From: a virus
Virus record (IMG/VR): IMGVR_UViG_3300032561_000012
Location: 1 to 64,000 of that record
Direction: 5' to 3' (one strand)
DNA: 64,000 nt
This document shows, piece after piece, positions 18,530 to 29,100 of the stretch. Position 1 is the stretch's first letter. Each line of letters opens with the position of its first letter. The notes under the pieces are model-generated. The model saw nothing but the letters and a program-made list of their open reading frames with translations. It ran no database searches and was not told the origin of the DNA. The translations under genes were made by a program, and so were the position numbers.

Positions 18530-19843
18530 TTAGTACTGATAGATAATATCGCCATTATTACCTGTAGAGTTAGATGGTACGCCATTGGCAATGGATTGTA
18601 TGGTTTTAGTGCCTTGGCTATTTGATCCAACATTAGAAGCATTTAATGGACTTTGCACATAGTTGATTACCCAGTCTTGTCTAGCAGCTAAATTACCACC
18701 AATGGTCACTGCGCCGCCCACTGTTAAACTGCCAGTGGCTATTACGCTATCTGCACTTAAATTACCAACTAGGTTACCGTATAGTGTTGTGGCATATAAA
18801 TTATTAAATCTTGTAGCCGATGCGCCAATGTCAACTGTTCCATTGTATTGAGGAACCATTGCGGCCTGTAAAGTTGTTATTCCACCTAATGTAGTAGTTG
18901 TGTTAGCAGTAAAGGCACCTTGTGCTGTTAATGCTCCGGTAACCACCGCCGCATCGTTGATAGTTACGACTCCAGTACTAGCACCAATAGCAATAGCCGC
19001 AACATTTGCGCCATTTTGATTGACGTAGAAATTAAGATCTCTGTTATTCTGTACTGTACGAATAGCTACTCTATTACTGGCAGATTCAAGAGTTGCTGTT
19101 AAGTCACTGGCAATAACAAACCCACCGCCTGCTGTTATTTGATATTGAGTGGCAGCATTTTGGTCACTGCGTAAAAATTGATTGCTGGTTACACCGTTTA
19201 ATGTTAATGCGTTACTAGCAGAGCCTGTAAATTGACTGCCTGCTAACGCTGATGTATCAACTAAATTCAATCCAGGATTAATAGTAACAAAGCCAGCAAT
19301 AGCCGATTGTGGGGTAAACACTGAATCATTGCTGATAATAGCAACAATATTGTTATTAACTTTTAATTCAACTACAGTATGACTAACACTGCTACTGTCA
19401 ATAATGGTAGTAGTAATAGCACCTGAACCAGTTGAGGTGTTTGGTGGGCCAATTAAGATCCATCCGTTGGTAGCGCCACTGAAAACATATAATTGATTAT
19501 GAACATTATCCCACCATAGGTCACCTATGGTGCTGGTCACCGCAGTCGGAGCAACTGCCGCTGAAATACTGCTACTAATTGGTTTCCATTGACTTAAACT
19601 AGTATTCCAAACTTTTAAAGTATTAGTACTTGTGTCATACCAAAGTTGTCCAGTAAGTGGACTATTAGGTGCAGTATTAGCCGCAAAATTCTCTAAAATG
19701 TGTACAAAGTTTTCGTTTAAGAATGCACCATATCCAGCATAGTCTCTACCTATCAATGTGATGCTTAACGCCGCAGTGTTAATCGTTGCGTCTTGCACTG
19801 TAGCTATAGGAGCACCTTGCGTTGTGGTTATGTAATATGCCAT
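18530..19843 (-). CDS. Tail fibre/baseplate protein paralog
   Basis: LIGRDYAGYGAFLNENF..LENF..GQLWYD N-domain; ends GNNGDIIYQY. Confidence 0.7.
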   Translation of the reverse strand: MAYYITTTQGAPIATVQDATINTAALSITLIGRDYAGYGAFLNENFVHILENFAANTAPNSPLTGQLWYDTSTNTLKVWNTSLSQWKPISSSISAAVAPTAVTSTIGDLWWDNVHNQLYVFSGATNGWILIGPPNTSTGSGAITTTIIDSSSVSHTVVELKVNNNIVAIISNDSVFTPQSAIAGFVTINPGLNLVDTSALAGSQFTGSASNALTLNGVTSNQFLRSDQNAATQYQITAGGGFVIASDLTATLESASNRVAIRTVQNNRDLNFYVNQNGANVAAIAIGASTGVVTINDAAVVTGALTAQGAFTANTTTTLGGITTLQAAMVPQYNGTVDIGASATRFNNLYATTLYGNLVGNLSADSVIATGSLTVGGAVTIGGNLAARQDWVINYVQSPLNASNVGSNSQGTKTIQSIANGVPSNSTGNNGDIIYQY

Positions 19844-19856
19844 TATTTTACCTTAA

Positions 19857-21218
19857 TTAACTAGATAGTTGGAACCAGAAGTCCCCGTTGTTACTACCAG
19901 CATCATTTACTCCTAGAACAGGAGCAGAGTTGCTGACAAATTTAGCTGAACCACCCCACCATTGTGCGGCATTCTTTACAAATCCTGTAGTCGCTACTGC
20001 GGCATTACCTGAACCATTGTAGGTATCTGGTTGTGTTACTGCGGTTGCTCCACCAAATAAATTAAATCCTGATTGTGAAGCTGTGGCTACTGTTGATCCA
20101 TCAATAGACAATGTCATTGAGCCAACATCAGTATCAGTAATACTTAAAATACTGTTTGATTGGTAAATTGCGTTAGTTTTAAATCCTGAATTGTTAACTA
20201 CAAAAGATGTAGTAGCAATCATAGCATTAGCTGTACCAGCTGGTGCTGTTGGTGCTGTTGGTACACCTGTTAACGCAGCGTTAATAAAGCTGTTGTCAAC
20301 GTATTGTTTAGTAGCAACACCTAGTGGTTGTGCAGGGTCATTGGCAACGTAAACGTTGCCATCTAAGCCGCTAATATAAAGAGCTTTTTCTTGTCCATTG
20401 ACTAATGAGTTAACGTGGAAGCTGACATTGCCACCTAGATACGTGTTATATAATCTACCAGTTCCTGTTGTTGTAACATTAGCAAAGAATGTTCCTAATG
20501 TACCCAATTGAATACCAACATTACTTTGTAATGTTAGACTACCTGAGCCTACATTGTTTAGATCACTACGGAAATAACTAGCCGCTGGATATGCGCCTAG
20601 ATAGCTAGCATTATTAGCTGTGCCATAGATAGTATAACTACTATTCATGTTATAGCCAGCTTGGATAACTGTATTAAAACCTGAGATAGGTGTAGCTAAC
20701 GTAAATGTTGCTGAGCTAATAATTGCAGTGCGAGTACCATCTAAGTAAATTGATACCACATCGTGTGGATTACTACCAGTATCAAGTAATTGTTCCCATA
20801 CTGCACCACTACCGTTGCGTTGTGGGCCTACTAAGACCCAACTGGTGCTGCCAAGACAAACATAAAGTTGGTTGTATGTGGTATCTAGATAAAAGCTACC
20901 TGCTACTGCTGAAATTGTAGGAACACCGCTTGATGATCCAGTAATTGCTGTGCCTACAGGTACCCATGCATTGGATCCGTTGTAGACATACATTACGTTG
21001 CTGGTTGAATTGTACCACAGTTGTCCCACTTGCGGACTTGTTGGACTTGTGCTATTGGAAAAGTTTACCAATAGTGCCAATTGATCAGTGACCATGATCT
21101 GGCCATAGTTACTGTAGTTACGTCCCACCAGCGTCAAGCTAGTAGTGGTATTGTCTACGGTACCATCTGCAATAGTGCCTAGCGTTTGTCCATTGGGTAG
21201 TGTTATATTGTACGACAT
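19857..21218 (-). CDS. Tail fibre/baseplate protein paralog
   Basis: LVGRNYSNYG..GQLWYN N-domain; ATKQYVD and LTGVPTAPTA fibre motifs; ends NNGDFWFQ. Confidence 0.7.
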   Translation of the reverse strand: MSYNITLPNGQTLGTIADGTVDNTTTSLTLVGRNYSNYGQIMVTDQLALLVNFSNSTSPTSPQVGQLWYNSTSNVMYVYNGSNAWVPVGTAITGSSSGVPTISAVAGSFYLDTTYNQLYVCLGSTSWVLVGPQRNGSGAVWEQLLDTGSNPHDVVSIYLDGTRTAIISSATFTLATPISGFNTVIQAGYNMNSSYTIYGTANNASYLGAYPAASYFRSDLNNVGSGSLTLQSNVGIQLGTLGTFFANVTTTGTGRLYNTYLGGNVSFHVNSLVNGQEKALYISGLDGNVYVANDPAQPLGVATKQYVDNSFINAALTGVPTAPTAPAGTANAMIATTSFVVNNSGFKTNAIYQSNSILSITDTDVGSMTLSIDGSTVATASQSGFNLFGGATAVTQPDTYNGSGNAAVATTGFVKNAAQWWGGSAKFVSNSAPVLGVNDAGSNNGDFWFQLSS

Positions 21219-21231
21219 TTTATTATCCTAG

Positions 21232-21846
21232 TTATGCTGTCAAATTAGTTAGCGTTTGAATTCTCACAGTATAATCGATCTGTATAAGTCTATTCAGTGC
21301 CTTCTGCACTGGACTGAAAATCACGTGTGTTAGCAGTGGTAACCCTGCACCTAATCCACTGGCTCCTGCTACTGAACCAAATAAGCCCAATTCGTCAAAT
21401 ACAAAGTCGCCGTTAAGCGTTTGGCTGTTATCATATACTGCTTGCCCGCTAGGTTCACCGTAGTCTAACAAACAGGTCACTACAATGTCAGTGTAGACTA
21501 ACCCTGGTGTGTGGTTAATAGTAATATTGTTACGCAATGGGTCTGTATTGGCCGCATTGGTATTGTCTACAATTTTGTAGTATGTTGGGTTATACAAGTC
21601 AGCGTTTTGTACGTTGGTATTTGTAGGCAAGTAAGTAATAACACCTGTAGGGTCAACTGTAGTCCCACCATTACCAAAGTGCATTTCAGTAATAAAATTA
21701 GTACCTTTGTTGGCTACGTTTTGTGCTAGAGCAACACTCATGTTTTCATAATGGATAGCATTACACTTATCAACAAAGACTTCTTTGGTGATAGGATTGT
21801 GGATTTTTACAAATCCTTTAATGCTTAAATTAGTTGTTGAGTGCAT
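21232..21846 (-). CDS. Baseplate/fibre-attachment structural protein
   Basis: FDELGL and LLTHVIFSPVQK..NR.IQIDYTVRI motifs; baseplate context. Confidence 0.55.
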   Translation of the reverse strand: MHSTTNLSIKGFVKIHNPITKEVFVDKCNAIHYENMSVALAQNVANKGTNFITEMHFGNGGTTVDPTGVITYLPTNTNVQNADLYNPTYYKIVDNTNAANTDPLRNNITINHTPGLVYTDIVVTCLLDYGEPSGQAVYDNSQTLNGDFVFDELGLFGSVAGASGLGAGLPLLTHVIFSPVQKALNRLIQIDYTVRIQTLTNLTA

Positions 21847-21847
21847 C

Positions 21848-21976
21848 TTATGCTCTTCCCTTTACAAATACCTGTTTAGTCTGTGGATCAAATATTTTAA
21901 TGTGTGCTTCTACACGAATACCACCGCGCTCGTCTGGAGCTTTTTTTGGTTGTTCAGTTTGTGTATTAGTGGTCAT
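21848..21976 (-). CDS. 42-aa protein MTTNTQTEQPKKAPDERGGIRVEAHIKIFDPQTKQVFVKGRA; not in ORF track
   Basis: ATAAATA box 5 nt upstream; stop 1 nt before the next ATG; resembles the N-terminus of the downstream gene. Confidence 0.7.
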   Translation of the reverse strand: MTTNTQTEQPKKAPDERGGIRVEAHIKIFDPQTKQVFVKGRA

Positions 21977-22011
21977 ACTCTTATTTATCGCGTTTTTATC
22001 CATGATTATTC

Positions 22012-23187
22012 TTACCAAATTGCCAAGTTAGCACGGCGCCATGTATTAGTAGCAATACATACATAAACATAGCCGCCATCGTAGGTAATTTGTCCTTTGG
22101 TGCCCACTGAGTTATTAGCTGTTGGAACATAAACGTTACTAACTGTTAGATTACCACCAATTGTAACTCCTGTGTTGGCAAAAGTAGTGACTACGTTTGC
22201 GGCTAGCGTGCCACCTACGTGTACCTTAACTGTGGTACCTAAGGTATCTGTACCAAGCGTTAAATTGCCAGTGTTTACATACAAGTATCCGTCATCTTTA
22301 CCACTGATAGTCCATGCGCTAGACACAAAGTTATTACCATTGATACCCATGTCAATGTACTTGCTACTGTCTGTACCGTCTGGAGCAGTAGCAATAAAGT
22401 CTGCACTGTTGTTAGTGCCCACGCTGTCAATATTTTGGATATTTAATTGTACAAAGCTATTAGCAGTGTTAACGGCATTTACTACCACATTACCAAATGC
22501 TATTGGGCTTGGGAACCCTACGTTTAACGCACCAAACACTGAGGTATTACCAGTGATGCTTAATGGGCCAATATTTCCAATGTAAGTTGGTAAGTAAGCG
22601 GCTACTTTGGTGTTACTGTAAAATGATTGGCTATTAACATATCCTGTCATAGCTGTGTTAGCTGTGTTGGCCGCAGTATTAGCCGCAGTTACCTGTTGAT
22701 TAATATAACTAACCACGCTGGTATTAGCAATATTGGCCGCTGTGTTAGCCGCTGTTACTTGACTGTTAACATACCCTGTCATTATAATGTTAGCAGTGTT
22801 TGCTGATGTGTTGGCCGCAGTTACTTGACTGCTAACATATCCTAACATGCCTATATTAGCTGAGGCAATGGCAGTTGCTTGTATGGTGTTGCCTCGATCA
22901 ACGTAACCCTTCATGCCAACGTTGGCCGCAGTGATAGCAGTATTTTCACCGCTGGTTGCGGCATCAACGTAGCCTTTCATTCCAACATTGGCTGCAGTAA
23001 TTGAAGCGTTTACTGTTGCAATGTTAGCTGTAAGAGCTGTGTATAAGTTACTGGTAAAATATGTACGCAGTGTACTTACATTAGCTTGTAACGTAGTCAG
23101 TGTGTTGGCAACATAGTCAATTACAGGAATACTTGTGGTATCTGCAGCTATGGTTAAATTTCCTAATTGGCTAATCTTAATTGTCAT
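22012..23187 (-). CDS. Fibre protein with 22-aa coiled-coil repeats
   Basis: N-terminal IKISQL; six repeats like AANVGMKGYVD; C-terminal GQITYDGGYVYVC...W. Confidence 0.65.
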   Translation of the reverse strand: MTIKISQLGNLTIAADTTSIPVIDYVANTLTTLQANVSTLRTYFTSNLYTALTANIATVNASITAANVGMKGYVDAATSGENTAITAANVGMKGYVDRGNTIQATAIASANIGMLGYVSSQVTAANTSANTANIIMTGYVNSQVTAANTAANIANTSVVSYINQQVTAANTAANTANTAMTGYVNSQSFYSNTKVAAYLPTYIGNIGPLSITGNTSVFGALNVGFPSPIAFGNVVVNAVNTANSFVQLNIQNIDSVGTNNSADFIATAPDGTDSSKYIDMGINGNNFVSSAWTISGKDDGYLYVNTGNLTLGTDTLGTTVKVHVGGTLAANVVTTFANTGVTIGGNLTVSNVYVPTANNSVGTKGQITYDGGYVYVCIATNTWRRANLAIW

Positions 23188-23189
23188 TT

Positions 23190-26100
23190 TTATGTCTCAG
23201 TGTAAATTGTTACATTGCCTTCAGTGGCTATCATCATATTTATCGCATTTTCAGTTGTTATAGCATTATTCATTCCTGGAATTATATTGCTATAAGTTGC
23301 TGGGTATGCCTTCATAACGTTTGCAGCCAATGTATCGCTGCCATTCAACCCTGTACCATCTAGGGCTGTACCAGTACCGTTGTTGTAGAATACATTAGCA
23401 TAGGTAATTAGATTACCGTAAGTGGTATTTGGTATTATTTGACTAGCACTAGCATCAAACGCACTAGCACCAGCAAGGTGTGTAGCAGCCGCTGTGCCTT
23501 GTGTACCTCTACGTATTTGTCCTAGAGTATTTGTTACTACGTTAGCAGTCCAGTAAGTAATACGTTCAGCGTCAATGAATATCACACCAGGTTTTAAATT
23601 AACTGGGTCTGGCATAGTCAGTGCAGCCGCGTTAGCAACAAAAATATTGCCGTCTGTTAGGCCTAAACTATGTGTTAGTACAGTTGTGTTGGCGCTGCTG
23701 ATACGTAGATAACTAGGTTTGTTAATCATGTTATCAAATATTCTATAGCCTAAAGTAACATTAGCACCATTTACAGTTACATTTGAAGTATAGATACGCA
23801 TGTCTAATGTGTCAAATGTAATACCTGGCACTAGTTCTTCTGGAGCATGGCTATAGTATCTGTCAATATATTGTCCGCCACTTAGAACGATCTCTTCTGG
23901 TGTATTACCAGCCAGTTCCTCTGTGACATAGTTACTTTGATAGATTGTATCTAGAACATTAGTTGACAGTAAAGGTATACCGTCTTGGCTGTATTGTACG
24001 CTGTCATAACTGCTAAGGTCCCATGTGCGACCAAATCCTGGACTTAGATCAAATCCTGCGCCAACCACTGGGCTACTTGGATATGTAATACCAGTTAGCA
24101 GTTGATCTAATGCATTGTATGTTGCTGTAATAGTAGTATCTGTAGCCAAGCTGACGTTGACACTTAGTGAAATTTGTGTTACACTAGTAATAACATTGCT
24201 CAAGTTAATTGTAACATTAGAAACTATGTTAGTAATGTATCCTGCTGTGACATTAGCACCACTGATAGTCATACCTTTTAATAGGTTACTTGCTGGGAAC
24301 ACATAGATAGTATTTGCACTTACCGCTGCATTAGCTACAGTAATTGGCACTGTAATTGTGTCAACCACTGGCATTACATTGCTAGGTTCATAGTAACCTA
24401 CAATACGATCACTGGCATTAGTAAACAGGTTAGCCGCATATACTGTATAATCGCCTGAGAAGAATGTTCCAGATGTAATTATATTTGATTTAACCTGATA
24501 TGCTTGACGTACTAGTACATTACCTTCAGGTTGTGCATAGGTTACAATTTGTCCTGCAATGTAATTGGTATATGGTTGCCATTGCTGAACTGTACTTGAA
24601 TATGTAGTACGGTCAAATTTGATTGCTGTGTCAAAAGTTCTAACCAATGGGTAAGCATTACCAGTTAGTAACGGTGTGTTGTTAGTGAATGGCAATTTAA
24701 CCAATTGTGCATAAGCAGTAGCTGACACACTTGAGGTACCGTTAATAGTAACCACAGGTGTGGTAATATATCCGCTACCTGGGTTAGTAACTGTGATACT
24801 AACCACAGTTAAATTAGCATTACCAGTAACCGGTCCGCTCATAACTGCGGTAGCAGTTGCTCCTGATCCTTTACCGTCAACACTTGAAATAGTTACCTGA
24901 GGAACAAAACTATAGTTTGCTCCTGTTGTTTCTACTATAACTGCACCGACCTGTAGTGTACGGTTATCGTACCATTGATTATAAGGGAATGTCTGCCAGG
25001 TAGCTTCATCTTCGCTGGTGTATGGTACTTCGCCGCTTGGACTACGGAATATGCCGTAGCCTGTGCTGGTGTCATAGTATGCTGGCAAATCAAAGTCAGT
25101 AACACTACCACTATAAGTATCGTTGCCGGTGTAGTCAATTAAGTATTCACGTACTTTAGTTCTATATGGTTTTACTTCGTTAATATAGTCTTGATAGTAG
25201 GTTTGATTATCAACAATATAACTTGGGAATTGGCTTAGTGTACGCAATTTGTGTGTTACACTGATAAAACTTGATTTAAATAGCCAATCAACATAGTTTT
25301 GTTCTGTTAGCAAGTAGTTTACTAAGATAAAGAACAAGTTATTAAATTCACCTTGTAATTGGTCAATAAAGATATCATTGTTCAGCGCCTGTACAATAGC
25401 ACGAATTTCATTGTTAGGGTCTTGGTCAAATCTGCTACTGTCAAAGTCTTGATTACCAAAACCTAAGGCATTATTAACAAAGTCACCAAGGCTGGTATTT
25501 AATTGTATAGTACCGTTTTGAATACCAACTACTTGGAATGTGCCATCAGTATTAACAACAAACAATCTCCAAGTACCATTACCAGTGGCATCACTTACAT
25601 AGATGATTTCACCAGCCGCTGGTTTCAATGCCAAAGCATCATTGGTTGTCATTACAGAAAAATTAGGTTTAGTTGCTGCACTATATCCTGTAGCATACCA
25701 ATCAGTGTAGGTCCAATACAAGCTAGTCTTGTAGGCCTGTACTTGTTCAATCTGCCAAAGTTTATCGGCAGTTAATACATACAACACCCAAAGACCGTTT
25801 TGTGTACTGTCGCTGGTCACTAATACCAGATAGCCCGGTGCTAATGACATAGTATCAATATAATTTAATTCTTCAACTGTTGATACACTTTGATCGTATG
25901 CACCCAATTTGTAATCAGGTTGCGGATCTTCTGCATACATGCCTGCTAGACTGTATTGTTCAACAATAGGATTAGCAATTAAAATACTATTTGCATACTG
26001 TACCATTTCTACCACAGCGGTTAGTCTGCCTTTGAACATACTTTGTCTTGGGCGTATGTCAATACCATAACGATCAGCGTCGCTGAGTGTTGGATCAGGT

Positions 26101-29100
26101 ACTGTTTGACCAATGCTGTCTAATCCAGCCAAACTGTCAACTAGTTTATTGACAATTTTTACAGGTATTGGGTCACTAGGATTACCTTTTTGTACTAGTT
26201 CGTATTCGCTGTGTATCATATCACTGTTGATCAACAGTTGATAGTCTAAGTGCATGATGGTATTGTCAGCTGACAAGTACGATCCTACATTGTAGAATGC
26301 AATGGCCTGCGGACTGATTACCGCTGCATAAGCTAGGCCTTGATTCTTAGGATTCTGTATATAGTCTGCTATCACACTAGTAGGCAAATGTCTAGTAGGA
26401 TTATTAGGATCTACAGTAGTTTTGCCTGTGACCCAATAATAGTAGTTAGTAGTGATAATATTTGTAGTTGGATCTACATAGGTAATCTCTACATAAGCAC
26501 TGTTATCAGCATATTTAGGTTGACCGTCGCCACCGTTAGCCACGTACTGACTTGGTAGGTAGATACTCTTTACCCACTCACAAACTTCAATAACAGCACC
26601 TGGGAATAAATTACCCCAATTGATACTACGATATGTTATTTTATCATTGAGGTTAGTATCTTGTTCATAGTCTATGTAGCGAACTTGACTTAGGTTCCAC
26701 CAAACTCGCCCAACTTGTAGATCACCCCAGTAGACATTTGAATTGATGTCTGCATTGGCATTAGTACCTACATTGTATTGTGCAGGATCATATTCTGTCT
26801 TGTAACTGATTTCTTGCTCAGCTTCGCCTAGTATACGACCTTTAGCTGGATCAATGAATTGTAGATCATCAATAATTGTATTGGTTAGATTATTGTATAG
26901 ATATGCTCTGGTTAAACTGTCTGGATCAACTTTAGCCTGTTGATATCTAATCAATCCCCAACCGCGAGCCAGCGTTGGGTTTTCAAATATGTACACAGCG
27001 CCTGTGCCGCTAGGTTCACCATTGACTGTAGCACCTGGTGCCGAAACAACAACAAAGGTTTCTTTAACATCAAGAGAGTAACCAAACTCTGCACCTGATG
27101 CTAATAGTCCTGGATCTAGGTTTTGACAGTATTGATATCTACCTGGAGTATATACGTCATCGCGCGGATCATCGTACAGTTCATAAATGTAAGTACTACC
27201 ACTGCCAGGAATACTGTCAAACCATTTGGTTGTGGTACGATCAAATGTAGTACTGTTAGTAGTAGTAGCAACATCAAATGTAGTGTATCTATGTGTAGTA
27301 CCACGTGCCGCACCAATAACCAACATGTAGGCATTTTGTGCAATCTTAACTTGGCTACCAAAGTATTCGCCAGGTTGACCAAATGGATTAACAATAATCT
27401 GCATGAATGCGAATAGTCTAAGGTCAGCATCAGCATATACACCTGGACTACCAGGAGTACGTATACCTGACAGAATACGCAGTTGGTCTTTAGCTACAGT
27501 AACATCTGAGTTTAAGCGCAATAGACCATTTTGATTGACCGCACTAACACCTAAGATTTGTGCATCGTTAACATCTTTAACAATACTGTCTAAGCTGGCC
27601 ATTGGGTAAGCTGTGGTTGTAATTGATGTGTTAGCCCAGATGTGGCTGTTATTATTCCATACTGGATTTACAATAGCAACAACATTAGCACCTGTTGAAC
27701 TTTGGCCATAGTTGAATAAGATATTACCAGTGTAGTTTGTAACTGTGACAAATTGACTATTGGTTACGTTGGCCAATACTACTACATTAGCATAAACTCC
27801 ACTGCCTTGATTTTGACTGATGGTCTGACCAGCCACGGCTGTGATATTACTGCTGAGTGCTAGTATATTAGCCGCCTGTCCGTTATAGGTCGTTGGCATC
27901 ATACGTGCTGATACAATAACTTCAAAGTTTTGTAAACGTATACTATCGCCAGGTGTGAATACTGGATTTACAGCATAGCCAGTGTTGGTACCGTATAAGC
28001 GACCTCTGTTATGGAATTTCCAAATAGCACCACTGTTGTATTCTGTACCATTGGCATAGTAAGGGGCACCTGTATAGATTGCACAGTTAATACCGCAAAC
28101 TGTTAGACTGGTACCAAATGCTGCACCTGCTTGTAAGGCTGTTAGAGTATTTTCTAAGCTGTCAACTCCAATTAATCTTTCTAATAGATTAAAGTCATTG
28201 ACTTCAATGTATAACACATGACCTACTTCTGGTGGGTCAATAAATTCAATAGTATAAGTACCTGTTACTGTGTAGTTAGTAACTTCATTACCGTCAATAG
28301 TTACTTTATAAACTGGACCAATTGGATTTCTAGTTGTGTAGATTAATCCACCTGTGGTTTTAAATGCTTCTATCACACGATCGTAGATGTAAATACAACC
28401 TGCACCTACTAGTAGATTGCCACCTTCGCCTGCTACAGTATCACCAGGTGCACCAATAGCAATCTGTGCGCCATCAAAGCTAGCTGACAGTGAGTGACCA
28501 AAATTAGCAAAGGTATTTGCTGGATTTGGATTTTGAATATTCTTAACTAGTTTATAGTAAGGTTGTTGCACAATACTGATGTCACTTTGTACTACATTTG
28601 CAGTAAAGTAAACTGTACTACCACTTAAGGTATAGTCTTGGTTAGGAATATATGTTTTGTTACTGCTGGTAATTAATAGCGATGTAGCATCGTTAGCGGC
28701 ATACGGAGTAAATGTCAACGGAATACTATTAGTAACACTGGCATTTACAACATTAGTTACATAAACTCCTGCATCAACACTTTGAATGCTGATATTGCCA
28801 GCTACATAGGTGTTGCCAATTAAGACATTAGAGCCTATGGCAAAATTGCTAACTAAATTTGTCAATACAACTACACTAGAATTACTTACTGTTGCAGCCA
28901 ATGAGCCTTGTGCGCCTGACACTGATTGGTTAATCAATTGAGTAGCTGTTGCTGAAATATTACCGCTGAGAGTTAGGGTAACTTGATCTTTAACTGACAC
29001 TGTTTGTTGTTGGAATGGAACAAAACGACTTAGGCCGTAGGCATAAACATTGTTGTTACCTGCCGCTCCCACGTATAACCATTCACCGTCTTGATTAAAC

